A DNA stretch of 64,000 nt from Octopus sinensis (GCF_006345805.1 NC_043000.1:152892001-152956000); one strand, 5' to 3'. Shown: positions 48,333 to 61,900, counted from the first letter of the stretch. The notes: generated by a model not told the origin, from the sequence alone. Numbers and translations are program-made.

Positions 48333-49185
48333 ATGTGGAAAGTGGGCAGCAGCAGCAGATGACAATGACAAAGAGATGATGATGATGAAGAAGAAAAAGA
48401 AGAGGAGGAGGAGGAAGAGGCAGTACCTCCTCCCCATCTAGCCACTGATTGTTTGAAATTAATAGAAATTAATGCTGAAAGAAAATTTAAATAATGTCAT
48501 TATCAAAGTGTGTGTGTTTGTGTGTGTGTATGTGCACTGGGAGTTGTGGACGTACATATATGAAGTGGTTACTGTTTGTTAGTTGGTGATTAATTTATTT
48601 TTGTCATTTAAACTACAAGGAACCTTGCTTAAAGAATCTATCACTATCCTGTGAAAGTCTGGTTAATTTCTTTGAGAAATTTCTTTAATGAATTAGCTGA
48701 AGTGGCCAACTTAATGTTGTTGACTTAGTGTCGTTTCTTGCAGACAGAAAGTATAAGAGAGTGGGAGGAAGAGAGAGAGAGTGAGTGACTGAGAGGTAGA
48801 GTAACAGCTGAGATGTTGGAGGAGTTTTGAGTAATAGGTTACAGAAGGCGGGAAGTGGTGTGGAATGATGGGTGGGCGTCGGGAGGGAGGGAAGAAGGAT
48901 GGCTGAAAAAAAACATTTGAAGGAGAAGAGAGATTTGTCATTAAAATTCTTTCTCTACTTCTTGTCCTTCATATCTCCTCTTTATTCTCCTCCTCCTCTT
49001 TATGTATCTCTGTCAGTGTGTCTTTTTCTTTTTTCTCTACCCTTTCTCTTTCTCATTCTTTCTCTTTCTCTCTTCTCTCTTTCTCCTGCTCTCTTTGTCT
49101 GTCATTCGCTTTACCATATTTTTTTCACACTGCTGTTTATTTCTTTTTGTTCTTTGTTAATTGAATGAAACTTTAACTCTAGCTC

Positions 49186-49225
<40 letters not shown>

Positions 49226-49510
49226 TATATGTATATATGTGTATGTATGTTGTGTATTTTACTATTCAAAAGCTTTGTTAATTTTGGTCATCCCATTAAA
49301 TAGTATGTTGTCAACTAATTCCTTACTAAGTATTTTGAGTAAAAGTTATGTCTGGTGTAACCATCTGGAAATAATTAATTAGAAATCAGCTAATGAGTGG
49401 GTGTCTATGTAGTTGCTCAACTAACAAGAAATAGAAGCCAAATCTCCTTCAGATTGCACCCTACTGTCTTAAAAAGGGAAAGATATACAAGAAAGATAAT
49501 GTAGCTTTAA

Positions 49511-49729
49511 CCCTTTAGTGTTCTGATTATTCTATCAAACATAATACTTATTGATTCACATTGATTTCAATTAATCATGCATTGTCTCATATCTTCAAGA
49601 TCTTGATGGTGTAATTACTCAATGTAGAATAACATTGTAGGGTAGGTGTGAGAGCCTGGATCTGGTCAGTTTGAACATAAAACAGATTAAGTATTTTGGC
49701 CGGATATGGCCGGTTTAAATACTAAAGGG
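49511..49729. mobile_element. TTAA MITE, second family
   Basis: TTAA at 49507-49510 and 49730-49733. TIR CCCTTTAGT/ACTAAAGGG. Confidence 0.8.
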
Positions 49730-50186
49730 TTAAATACCTTGTGTCTGACTATTCAACTAGTTACTTATAGTTAGAATGTCTTTGATTGTGGATTTGTTGG
49801 ATCAAGGCCACCTGGGGCTAAACAACATTTAGAAAGGTTTTACAAAAAGACTTGCTCTGCAACCACATGTTTGCAGGCTCAGTCCCACTGTATGACCCCT
49901 TGGGCAAGTTTCTTCTACTATGGCCTCGGTTCAACCAAAGCCTTGTGAGTAGATTTGGTAGACGGAAACTGAATGATAAAAGACACTTGCCCAAAGTGCA
50001 TTATAGTGGGACTGAACCTGAGACATTGTGGTTGCAAAATGAGATTCTTAACCCCCCCCCGGCCATGCTTGTGATTATGATGATGATGACAACAAAGATG
50101 TTGCCTCCAATGCCAGCAGCAGTAATGGTGGCCATTGATTGATTGATTGATTGAGACTTGTTGAATGTACTTTACTCTATTGAACA

Positions 50187-50960
50187 TCCACCATCCAAAT
50201 GTGGCCGATGCCAGTGCCGCCTTGGCTGGCTTCCATGCTGGTGGCACATAAAAAGCACCATCCAAACGTGGCCGATGCCAGCGCTGCCTTGGCTGGCTTC
50301 CGTGCCGGTGGCACATAAAAAGCACCATCCGAACGTGGCCGATGCCAGCCCCGCCTTGGCTGGCTTCCGTGCCGGTGGCACATAAAAAGCACCATCCAAA
50401 CGTGGCTGATGCCAGCGCCGCCTTGGCTGGCTTCCGTGCCGGTGGCACATAAAAAGCACCATCCGAACGTGGCCGATGCCAGCGCCGCCTTGGCTGGCTT
50501 CCGTGCTGGTGGCACATAAAAAGCACCATCCAAACGTGGCCGATGCCAGCGCCACCTTGGCTGGCTTCCGTGCCGGTGGCACATAAAAAGCACCATCCGA
50601 ACGTGGCCGATGCCAGCGCTGCCTTGGCTGGCTTCCGTGCCGGTGGCACATTAAAAGCACCATCCAAACGTGGCCGATGCCAGCGCCGTCTTGGCTGGCT
50701 TCCGTGCTGGTGGCACGTAAAAAGCACCAACCGATCATGGCCGATGCCAGGCTCCCCTGACACCTGTGCAGGTGGCACATAAAAAGCACCCACTACACTC
50801 GCAGAGTGGTTGGCGTTAGGAAGGGCATCAAGCTGTAGAAACACTGCTAGATCAGACTGAAGCCTGGTGCAGCCCCTGGCTTCCCAGACCCCGGTAGAAC
50901 CGTCCAACCCATACAAGCGCGGAAAACGGACATTAAACGATGATGATGATGATGATGATG
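50187..50960 (+). mobile_element. RTE-type 3' tail, subfamily B, with about 8.5 tandem 67-bp units
   Basis: Units start at 50221, 50288, ... 50690 (period 67), followed by the conserved tail and (GAT)n. Confidence 0.92.
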
Positions 50961-51153
50961 AAGAAGTGATTCAAGTAACTGAAGTACATTGAGGTGTGTT
51001 AGCTTCTTTGAACTGAGTCCTGAGATAGGATAGAAACTCAGTGCTGCAACCAGCCAAAGTATTCGTTAATGGTTCCAATTTCCTTTCTTTGGTAAAGTTA
51101 CGAGCTGTGCCTTGTCAGCATATTTATTTAGTTTCACGAGAAGGGAAATGAAA

Positions 51154-51317
51154 TAGGCGCAGGAGTGACTGCGTGGTAAGTAGCTTGTTTACCAACCACA
51201 TGGTTCCGGGTTCAGTCCCACTGCGTGGCACCTTTGGCAAGTGTCTTCTACTATAGCCTCGGGCCGACCAAAGCATTGTGAGTGGATTTGGTAGACGGAA
51301 ACTGAAAGAAGCCCGTT

Positions 51318-51353
<36 letters not shown>

Positions 51354-51795
51354 TGTGTGTGTTTGTGTGTCTGTGTTTGTCCCCCTAGCATTGCTTGACA
51401 ACCGATGCTGGTGTGTTTACGTCCCCGTCACTTAGCGGTTCGGCAAAAGAGACCGATAGAATAAGTACTGAGCTTACAAAGAATAAGTCCCGGGGTCGAT
51501 TTGCTCGACTAAAGGCGGTGCTCCGGCATGGCCACAGTCAAATGACTGAAACAAGTAAAAGAGTAAAAGAGATATGCGTGTGTGTGTTTGTGTGTCTGTC
51601 TTTGTCCCCTTAGCATTGCTTGACAACCGATGCTGGTGTGTTTACGTCCCCGTCACTTAGCGGTTCGGCAAAAGAGACCAATAGAATAAGTACTGGGCTT
51701 ACAAAAAGAATAAGTCCCGGGGTCGAGTTGCTCGATTAAAGGCGGTGCTCCAGCATGGCCACAGTCAAATGAATGAAACAAGTAAAAGAAAAGAG
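51154..51795 (+). mobile_element. SINE family B plus a tandem second 3' half
   Basis: Full copy to about 51570, then TGTTTGTGTGTCTG..TAGCATTGCTTGAC...AAGTAAAAG again. Confidence 0.88.
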
Positions 51796-51944
51796 AAATA
51801 GTGACAGATGAATGCATTGGCTACAGGCACAACGCAACACAATTCTGGTGATGAGCTTTGAACCAGTTAAAATTCTGTGATAATGACTCCCATGATAATT
51901 GTCAAGAAAGATTTTTGAGGGAGACAGCAATGAATAACAGTGGT

Positions 51945-52570
51945 GGTCTGTTATTCTTTTACTTGCTTTGGTTATTTGACTGCAATCATGCTGGAGCAAT
52001 ACCTTATAGAGTTTTAGTCAAAGAAATCGGCCTCTGAACTTATTCTTTGTAAGCCTGGTTCATATTCTATTGGTCTCTTTTGCTCAACCGCTAAGTTATG
52101 GGGACATAAACAAACCAGCATCGATTGTCAAGTGATGGCAGGAGGACAAACACAGACACACATAAATACATACATACATATATATATCGATATATATATA
52201 TATACACACACAATGCCTCCCCTGGCACCTGTGCCGGTGGCACGTAAAAAGCACCCACTACACTCACGGAGTGGTTGGCGTTAAGAAGGGCATCCAGCTG
52301 TAGAAACTCTGCCAGATCAGACTGGAGCCTGGTGCAGCCTCCTGGCTTCCCAGACCCCGGTAGAACTGTCCAACCCAAGCTAGCATGGAAAACGGACGTT
52401 AAACGATGATAATGATGAATGGGCTTCTTTCAGTTTCCATCTACCAAATCCACTCAAAAGGCTTTGGTCGGCCTTTGGCTATAGTTGAAGACACTTGCCC
52501 ACAATGCCACACAGTGGGACTGAATCCCAAACCATATGATTGAGAAGCAAACTTCTTACCACATAGCCAT
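51945..52570 (-). mobile_element. Older SINE family B copy interrupted by an RTE tail (52215-52418, +)
   Basis: SINE 3' half at 51945-52210 and 5' half at 52420-52570, with the insert at the internal microsatellite. Confidence 0.75.
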
Positions 52571-52853
52571 GTCTGGACCTGTATATTTTTTGGGAACCCC
52601 TCTACATGTTACCAAAGTTACCAAAACTTTCATGTTACATTAAATTCTTCATACACACACATACATGCTTATTTATAGACAAATACTTTCTCTCCTCCCT
52701 GTATTCTGGTTTATCCATATTGAGTCATTGTGTATCATGTTATAATGTCTATTCTATCTGTTGGTATTACAGTATAGTATACTTGCCCCATTAGCTGATA
52801 TGACTAAATGATACTGAAGTACCTATCTCCATTGATGTGAATATATTCTATAC

Positions 52854-53072
52854 CAGTGGTTTTCAACCAGGGTTCCTCGGAACCTTAGGGTTCCGCCAGT
52901 ACAGTCCAGGGGTTCCACAATAAGTTACAAAACTGCTAAAATTGGCAGTAATTTTTAATTCTCCTGTGCAGATATGTGTGCATAAGACTATTAAATTATT
53001 GCACAGGGGTTCCTAGAGCCAGTGGAATATTTCCTTGGGGTTCCGCTCTAGCAAAACGGTTGAAAAGCACTG
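52854..53072. mobile_element. hAT MITE (219 bp)
   Basis: 8-bp TSD TTCTATAC at 52846-52853 and 53073-53080. Homologous to 1181-1399. Confidence 0.92.
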
Positions 53073-53401
53073 TTCTATACTATGTTAGTGTGACTATATA
53101 TTCTATTGATGTAACTCTTCTATCCACTCATGGGATTGTTATACTGATATAATTTTTTCCACATGTTGATTTGACTGTATACCACTTATGTGTTATATCG
53201 TAGATGTGTCTCTTCCATCTTCAGATGTGACAGCATACTCATATATCATTATGTCTTTTCTGGTTACTGGTGCAGCTGTGTATCATACTGACACACGGTT
53301 ACATCAGTGTCTCCTTTGGGTATCTATATCCTGTGAAGTCAGTGTAGGAACCTATAAAGTTTACTCAACCTGCTACATATTGTAGCAGCCATATCTCACT
53401 C

Positions 53402-53451
53402 TGTTATATCCTTATGGATAAATGAATACACAGCAACAGTGTAATAACAAT

Positions 53452-53487
<36 letters not shown>

Positions 53488-54010
53488 GCTTAACGTCCGT
53501 TTTCGATGCTAGCATGGGTTGGACGGTTCAACTGGGGTCTGGGAAGCCAGGAGGCTGCATCAGGCCCAGTCTGATCTGGCAGTGTTTCTACAGCTGGATG
53601 CCCTTCCTAACGCCAACCACTCAGAGAGTGTAGTGGGTGCTTTTTATGTGCCACCGGCACAGGTGCCAGACGAGGCTGGCAAACGGCCACGATCGGATGG
53701 TGCTTTTTACGTGCCACCGGCACGGGGGCCAGACGAGGCTGGCAATGGCCACAATCGGATGGTGCTTTTTACGTGCCACCGGCACGAATTAAAACAAATA
53801 GTAGTAACCTCATGGAACGTAACAACGATCTTTTAAGAACCAACAATCCAACATGCTAACTCAAACTGTGAACTTTGAACTCCAGCTTTGAACTATCAAC
53901 ACACGAACTGTGGAACTAGCATGAACTACCTCACTTACTCAGACTGCTACTATTCATGTGTAGTAGTCCAGTCGATTCTTGCCAGGAGGGCATCATACTC
54001 TTGTACAACA
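53402..54010 (-). repeat. Putative 3' LTR (TG...CA), interrupted by an RTE tail at 53452-53787
   Basis: TGTT...AACA termini with the PPT immediately upstream. No second LTR is in the window to confirm it. Confidence 0.6.
53452..53787 (-). mobile_element. RTE-type 3' tail, subfamily A
   Basis: (CAT)n, conserved tail and about 2.5 units. Confidence 0.9.
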
Positions 54011-54048
54011 TCTTCCCTTCTGAGATTTCATGTTCCACAGGAATATTC

Positions 54049-54371
54049 GCCTGGCCCCCGTGCCGGTGGCACGTAAAAGCACCATCCGATTGTGGCCGTT
54101 GCCAGCCTCGCCTGGCCCCCGTGCCGGTGGCACGTAAAAAGCACCATCCATCCGTGGCCGTTTGCCAGCTCCGTCTGGCACCTGTGTGGGTGGCATGTAA
54201 AAAGCACCCACTACACTCACGGAGTGGTTGGCGTTAGGAAGGGCATCCAGCCGTAGAAACACTGCCAGATCAGACTGGGCCTGATGCAGCCTTCTGGCTT
54301 CACAGACCCCAGTTGAACCGTCCAACCCATGCTAGCATGGAAAACGGACGCTAAATGATGATGATGATGAT
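54049..54371 (+). mobile_element. RTE-type 3' tail, subfamily A
   Basis: About 2.5 units, conserved tail and (GAT)n. Confidence 0.9.
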
Positions 54372-54682
54372 TCTTTCACTTGGGCGTTTTCTCAAGGTGT
54401 TTGGTCTGCTTTCTTTTTCTCACGCTGGTTCTACAGGACTCAATTACTTTTGATACTGGTGCATCGAATATTTCACAGAATACTTCCATGAGAATTTCTT
54501 CATGATCTTGGGGATGCGTCTTCCTTAGTTGGTTTATATGTCTCTGTTGTTCACTGTGTGACCCTTTAATTAGCTACATCATACTTCCAAATTTTCTGGT
54601 AACAAGGCCATCTTCCCAGCCTTCTTAATCATTTCTATAGGTTTTACAGGTTTTGGAATGCACTTTATTTCCTATCTAACCT

Positions 54683-55084
54683 ACTCTTTTTTACTCTTTT
54701 ACTTGTTTCAGTCATTTGACTGCAGCCATGCTGGAGCACTGCCTTTAGTCGAGCACATCGACCCCGGGACTTACTCTTTGTAAGCCCAGTACTTATTCTA
54801 TCGGTCTCTTTTGCCGAACCGCTAAGTGGCGGGGACGTAAACACACCAGCATCGGTTGTCAAGCAATGCTAGGGGGACAAACACAGGCACACAAACATAT
54901 ACACACACACACTTATATATATACATATATACGACAGGCTTCTTTCAGTTTCCGTCTACCAAATCCACTGACAAGGCATTGGTCGGCCCGGGGCTAAAGC
55001 AGAAGACACTTGCCCAAGGTGGCACGCAGTGGGACTGAACCTGGAACCATGTGGTTGGTTAGCAAGCTACTTACCACACAGCCA
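54683..55084 (-). mobile_element. SINE family B, slightly 5'-truncated
   Basis: Match to the other copies. Confidence 0.9.
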
Positions 55085-55094
55085 AGTGTATTTC

Positions 55095-56235
55095 ATTGGC
55101 TCTTTCGTATTTCCTTTGCATCTTTTTTCTCTGGTAAAAGCTTATCAAAAATGGATTTTATCCTTATTGCGAACATCAATTCTGTGGGAGACTTCCCTGA
55201 ATTTGTACTTGGATTGGGGGGGGGGGGGTCACTCTGTATATTATTAAGAAATTTGTCAGTGCTTCATCATTACTTAATTCATTCCTCGTTTTTCTTAATG
55301 CTCTCTTAAAGGTGTCCACAAATCTTTCTACCTGCCCCTTTGCCCTCAGGTGGTAGAGTGGAGTGAAAATATGCTTTATCACATACCTTTTACAGAAGTT
55401 CTTGAATTCATACCCAGAGAACTGCATTCCATTGTCTGAAAGAAGCATGTCAGGGACACCGTATCATAAGAACTTTATTGTTGTTTTAGTGGTTGGTCTA
55501 TAGCACCTGCAAACCTCCAGCCACTTAATATAGCTATCTACTATGATTACGTAATAAGCGCCATTTACCAGTCCAACATAGTCAATGTGTAACCTAGACC
55601 ATGGGTTCTCTGTCTCTGGCCATGATTGATATTTTACCAGCAGGGTTTTGACTGTAAGTGTGCAACCTTGGCATGTTCTCACCAAGTTTTTGATATCTTG
55701 GTCCATAGATGGCCAATAGACATAACTCCTCTTCAGTGCCTTCATCCTTGCCATTCCTGGATGTCTGCTATGAAATTGTTGCAATACACCTTCTTGTTAT
55801 GTAGTTGGAACCACCACTCTTGGGGCATACCTCAGAATGTTGTCGCAAATTGAAAAACTATTGGCATCTAAATTTTTATTCTGTTTATTTTTTAAATCTT
55901 TTATTTTTGTAATATACTCATCACCCACAGCTTTCATTCTTATATCTTGTGCTGTCACTGGTAGTTCTTGGATAACATTCATAATAACGCTATTAATTTC
56001 ACTTTCTGCCTGCAGTGCGGCTATAACGGTCCCTTCTAGTGGTTCCATATTTTTTGGAATTAATCTCGGAAGGCAGTTCACATGACTGATTTTTTCAATG
56101 GAATGTATTGCATTTTGAAATTATAATTTAGTAATATTACACCCCAACTTTGCAAGTAGTTTGCAGTATGAGTCGGTAAACCTTTTTTAGACCCATAAAT
56201 CAACTGCAATGGTCTATGGTCTGTTTGCAATAAAA
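55095..56235 (-). pseudogene. Gypsy pol remnant: RNase H end, integrase zinc finger and core
   Basis: TDHRPL, HPGMARMKAL.RSYVYWPSMDQDI..LV..C..C, PWSRLHID, VDSY.KWLEV, SDNG.QF, GQVERFV.TFK. Confidence 0.92.
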
Positions 56236-56427
56236 AACTTTTTGTTTCTTTATTACCCACAAGGGGCTAAACATAGAGGGGACAAATAAGGACAGACAAA
56301 GGGATCAAGTCGATTATATCGACCCCAGTGCACAACTGGTGCTTAATTTATCGACCCCGAAAAGATGAAAGGCAAAGTCGACCTCGGCGGAATTTGAACT
56401 CACAACGTAACGGCAGACGAAATACTT
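56236..56427 (-). mobile_element. SINE family C
   Basis: Match to the other copies. It marks the truncation point of the Gypsy pol. Confidence 0.85.
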
Positions 56428-56429
56428 TT

Positions 56430-56720
56430 GCTGGATGTACAATGTCAGTGTGCATGTAAGACAGAGTGTAAGTGTTTTAAGGGTAAAATTGGGTATAAGA
56501 AGCATCAGATGTTGTGTGCAAGAGAGAAAGCTGCACTGGTATGATCATATGATGCATATGGATGAAGACATCAGCATCAGGAAGTGCCAATCCTTAATGT
56601 GGAGGGGACCTGTGGAAGAAGTAGACTCAGAAAGATGTGGGATGTAGTGGTGAGAAGTAATCTTCAGATGTTGAGCCTCATGGAATAAAAGACAAGAGAC
56701 TGAGACTTCTGTTGATTTGC
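56430..56720 (+). mobile_element. RTE ORF2 C-terminal remnant
   Basis: LRVKLGIRSIRCCVQERKLHWYDHMMHMDED..IRKC. Confidence 0.72.
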
Positions 56721-56754
56721 TGTGTTTGAGAAGACATGTTAGTTAGTTAGTTAA

Positions 56755-57106
56755 TTTTTTGGCTCAAAAAGCAAAAAGCAAGGCCATGTAGGGGGACATG
56801 GAGTTATGTACAGGGTGGTGTTCATGTAAAGAGTTCAGGCCACTTGTGGTCAAGGGAGACTTTGAACCGAGCGGTCGTCGGCATCTTCACCATCTTGTCT
56901 GGCAGCTTATTCCACGGATCCGCAACCCGGACAGAGAAAGCCCCTCTCCTTCGATTGAGATGAAATCGTCGCAGATAGAGCTTTTCGGAGTGACCCCGCA
57001 GCCGACGCTCTGGAGCAGGAGTGAAGAACAGCTCTTTCGAGAGGTTACACTTTCTGCTTATGATGTTGTGAGCAAGAATGAATCACCACAGCGTCGTCGT
57101 TTGTGA
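56755..57106 (-). mobile_element. CR1-clade LINE 3' end
   Basis: Minus strand ELFFT...RLRGHSEKL...FSVRVADPWNKLP..V......FKVSLD. Confidence 0.8.
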
Positions 57107-57986
57107 AGCTGAATAAAATTGTGGCCGGCCATGATCCCCTTGAACATACACACACACACACAGAGTCTGTCTTCTGTCAAAATGTCCCTGCAACCCATCT
57201 CTCCAATGTTATCCTCTATCCCACCACCCATGATCACTACCCACTATAGGCACCTTCCCTGTCTCTCATGTGCACGTGTTTATCCATGCACTCTCCATGC
57301 CCTCACATATTACCATATCCCTCCCCCCCTGCACCAGACACTCCAATTTCTCTCACTGTCACTTTCTACAATCACCACTTCTCCATCAATAAACATCTCC
57401 CTTCTCGCCCTTATGGAACACTCCCCTCTGTCCCTTCTGTACCACTTATCCTCACCCCCCACTGTTACATGTGGGTTGGTTCCTATGTATCTCCAACACC
57501 ATGTTTCTCTCTCTCACACACACGCTCTGACTGCCTCTCTCTATCTTTTTCTCCAACTCCAACCCTCCTTCCTCTCCTCTTTTCCTACTGGGGTAGCCAA
57601 ATACCTTCTCTATAGTAAGACCCCTATCTCTGTCCCTCTACCGTACTCTAACCTCTTGCCCTGCATGATGCCACTTCCTGTGCTACCACTCCCTCTCTCC
57701 ACTTAGAGGTCTTCATATCAGTATTGCAAGTTATTTGGCAAACCCACTGGTATCCTGTTAAAAGCACCAGTGCTGGTGACATATAACAGTCACCCAGAAT
57801 GCTCTATAAAGGGGTTGGTGTTAGGAAGAACATCCAGCCATTGAAACCTTGCCAAATCAGACAATGGGGCTTGGTGCAGCTCTCCGCTTGCAAACCGTCC
57901 AACCCATGCCAGCATGGAAGACGGGCATCAAATGTCAATGATGTCTATGTATAACAGTTACTGTATGTAAAACTCAAATATAACAC

Positions 57987-58196
57987 ATACTCTTTACTCT
58001 TTTATTGTTTCAGTCATTTGACTGCGGCCATGCTGGAGCACTGCCTTAAGTCGAGCAAATCGACCCCAGGACTTATTCTTTGTAAGCCTAGTACATAATC
58101 TATCTTTTGCTGAACCGCTAAGTGACGGGGACGTAAACACACCAGCATCGGTTGTCAAGCAATGCTAGGGGGACAAACACAGACACACAAACATAT

Positions 58197-58243
<47 letters not shown>

Positions 58244-58410
58244 TACGGCAGGCTTCTTTCAGTTTCCGTCTACCAAATCCACTCGCAAGGCATTGGTCGG
58301 CCTAAGGCTATAGCAGAAGACACTTGCCCTAGATGCCATGCAGTGGGACTGAACCCGGAACCATGTGGTTGGTAGGCAAGCTACTTACCACACAGCCACT
58401 CCTGCGCCTA
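57987..58410 (-). mobile_element. SINE family B, full length
   Basis: Ends CACTCCTGCGCCTA on plus. Confidence 0.9.
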
Positions 58411-58902
58411 TTTATAACTTGTAGATAGCAAATGACTGCTTAGAGCTGAATAGAATCTGAAGAAGCCTAGTCATTGGAATGCCACCTTTTCAATGTAATA
58501 GATATGTGATAAGAGTTTTATTCAGTATGTTGTAGGTGTGTGGTTGTTGAATATTTAGTTATGAGTCCGACTACTGTGATAGAAGTTTATGATTATGTTG
58601 ATGGCAATACTGTCATTTCATGATCCAGTTTTGGTCATAGCATCTATTATTGCACTGTTGCTTAATGAGGATATACATAATAGATTTACTTTTTATTTAT
58701 ATCCTTAGGATAAAGACAATAGATTTGTCATGAGGAGCTATATAATAGATCTAAGATAATAAATTACAAAGAAAGGAAAAGAAGAGGAGGGAAGGACCCT
58801 AATCCTAACAATTTTAATTTAATTAATTTCTTTTCTTTCTGTAAACGTTTGTAAATATGCGTAGGTGTGCATACTGACAGTAATTATATATTTTCTGTGC
58901 AC

Positions 58903-61900
58903 TTGTGATTGAGCCTGTGTGTATATATTTGTGATTGAGCCTGTGTGTATATATTTGTGATTGAGCCTGTGTGTATATATTTGTGATTGAGCCTGTGTGT
59001 ATATATTTGTGATTGAGTCTGTGTGTATATATTTGTGATTGAGCCTGTGTGTATATATTTGTCATTGAACCTGTGTGTATATATTTGTGATTGAGCCTGT
59101 GTGTATATATTTGTGATTGAGTCTGTGTGTATATATTTGTAATTGAGTCTGTGTGTATATATTTGTCATTGAGCCTGTGTGTATATATTTGTGATTGAGC
59201 CTGTGTGTATATATTTGTGATTGAGCCTATGTGTATATATTTGTGATTGAGCCTGTGTGTATATATTTGTGATTGAGCCTGCGTGTATATATTTGTGATT
59301 GAGCCTGTGTGTATATATTTGTGATTGAGTCTGTGTGTATATATTTGTAATTGAGTCTGTGTGTATATATTTGTGATTGAGCCTGTGTGTATATATTTGT
59401 GATTGAGCCTGTGTGTATATATTTGTGATTGAGCCTATGTGTATATATTTGTGATTGAGCCTGTGTGTATATATTTGTGATTGAGCCTATGTGTATATAT
59501 TTGTGATTGAGCCTGTGTGTATGTATTTGTGATTGAGCCTGTGTGTATATATTTGTGATTGAGCCTGTGTGTATATATTTGTGATTGAGCCTACGTGTAT
59601 ATATTTGTGATTGAGCCTATGTGTATATATTTGTGATTGAGTCTGTGTATATATATTTGTAATTGAGTCTATGTGTATATATTTGTGATTGAGCCTGTGT
59701 GTATATATTTGTGATTGAGCCTATGTGTATATATTTGTGATTGAGCCTATGTGTATATATTTGTGATTGAGCCTATGTATATATTTGTGATTGAGTCTGT
59801 GTGTATATATTTGTGATTGAGCCTGTGTGTATATATTTGTAATTGAGTCTGTGTGTATATATTTGTGATTGAGCCTATGTGTATATATTTGTAATTGAGT
59901 CTGTGTGTATATATTTGTGATTGAGCCTGTGTGTATATATTTGTGATTGAGCCTATGTGTATATATTTGTAATTGAGTCTGTGTGTATATATTTGTGATT
60001 GAGCCTATGTGTATATATTTGTAATTGAGTCTGTGTGTATATATTTGTGATTGAGCCTGTGTGTATATATTTGTCATTGAGCCTATGTGTATATATTTGT
60101 GATTGAGCCTGTGTGTATATATTTGTGATTGAGCCTGTGTGTATATATTTGTCATTGAGTCTGTGTGTATATATTTGTCATTGAGTCTGTGTGTATATAT
60201 TTGTGATTGAGTCTGTGTGTATATATTTGTGATTGAGCCTGTGTGTATATATTTGTGATTGAGTCTGTGTGTATATATTTGTGATTGAGTCTGTGTGTAT
60301 ATATTTGTGATTGAGCCTGTGTGTATATATTTGTGATTGAGCCTGTGTGTATATATTTGTGATTGAGCCTGTGTGTATATATTTGTCATTGAGCCTATGT
60401 GTATATATTTGTGATTGAGCCTATGTGTATATATTTGTGATTGAGCCTGTGTGTATATATTTGTGATTGAGTCTGTGTGTATATATTTGTCATTGAGTCT
60501 GTGTGTATATATTTGTGATTGAGTCTGTGTGGATAAATTTGTGATTAAGCCTGTGTGTATATATTTGTGATTGAGTCTGTGTGTATATATATGTGATTGA
60601 GCCTGTGTGTATATATTTGTGATTGAGCCTGTGTGTATATATTTGTGATTGAGTCTGTGTGTATATATATGTGATTGAGCCTGTGTGTATATATTTGTCA
60701 TTGAGTCTGTGTGTATATATTTGTGATTGAGTCTGTGTGTATATATTTGTGATTGAGCCTGTCTGTATATATTTGTGATTGAGTCTGTGTGTATATATAT
60801 GTGATTGAGCCTGTGTGTATATATTTGTGATTGAGCCTGGGTGTATATATTTGTGATTGAGCCTGTGTGTATATATTTGTCATTGAGTCTGTGTGTATAT
60901 ATTTGTGATTGAGCCTGTGTGTATATATTTGTGATTGAGCCTTTGTGTATATATATGTGATTGAGCCTGTGTGTATATATTTGTCATTGAGTCTGTGTGT
61001 ATATATTTGTGATTGAGCCTGTGTGTATATATTTGTGATTGAGTCTGTGTGTATATATTTGTGATTGAGCCTATGTGTATATATTTGTCATTGAGCCTGT
61101 GTGTATATATTTATGATTGAGCCTGTGTGTATATATTTGTGATTGAGCCTGTGTGTATATATTTGTCATTGAGTCTGTGTGTATATATTTGTGATTGAGC
61201 CTATGTGTATATATTTGTCATTGAGCCTGTGTGTATATATTTGTGATTGAGCCTGTGTGTATATATTTGTGATTGAGCCTGTGTGTATATATTTGTGATT
61301 GAGCCTATGTGTATATATTTGTGATTGAGCCTGTGTGTATATATTGTGATTGGGCCTGTGTGTATATATTTACGATTGAGCCTGTGTGTATATATTTGTG
61401 ATTGAGCCTGTGTGTATATATTTGTGATTGAGCCTGTGTGTATATATTTGTCATTGAGTCTGTGTGTATATATTTGTGATTGAGCCTATGTGTATATATT
61501 TGTCATTGAGCCTGTGCGTATATATTTATGATTGAGCCTGTGTGTATATATTTGTGATTGAGCCTGTGTGTATATATTTGTGATTGAGCCTGTGTGTATA
61601 TATTTGTCATTGAGTCTATGTGTATATATTTGTGATTGAGCCTATGTGTATATATTTGTGATTGAGCCTGTGTGTATATATTTGTGATTGAGCCTGTGTG
61701 TATATATTTGTCATTGAGCCTGTGTGTATATATTTGTGATTGAGCCTGTGTGTATATATTTGTGATTGAGCCTGTGTGTATATATTTGTGATTGAGCCTG
61801 TGTGTATATATTTGTGATTGAGCCTGTGTGTATATATTTGTGATTGAGCCTGTGTGTATATATTTGTCATTGAGTCTGTGTGTATATATTTGTGATTGAG

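Larger units (their letters stand above)
53402..56235 (-). mobile_element. Gypsy LTR retrotransposon remnant (pol 3' part and 3' LTR) with three nested insertions
   Basis: pol motifs at 55095-56235. Polypurine tract AGAAGGGAAGA abuts TGTTGTA at 54010. Putative LTR end TATAACA at 53402. Confidence 0.78.

Noticed and set aside
50187-50760. CRISPR-like array
   Set aside because: The units are contiguous near-identical 67-mers with no unique spacers, there are no cas genes, and the context is eukaryotic.
49918-50916. 332-aa and 205-aa ORFs
   Set aside because: They are translations of the tandem 67-bp array and the SINE/LINE tail, not a gene.
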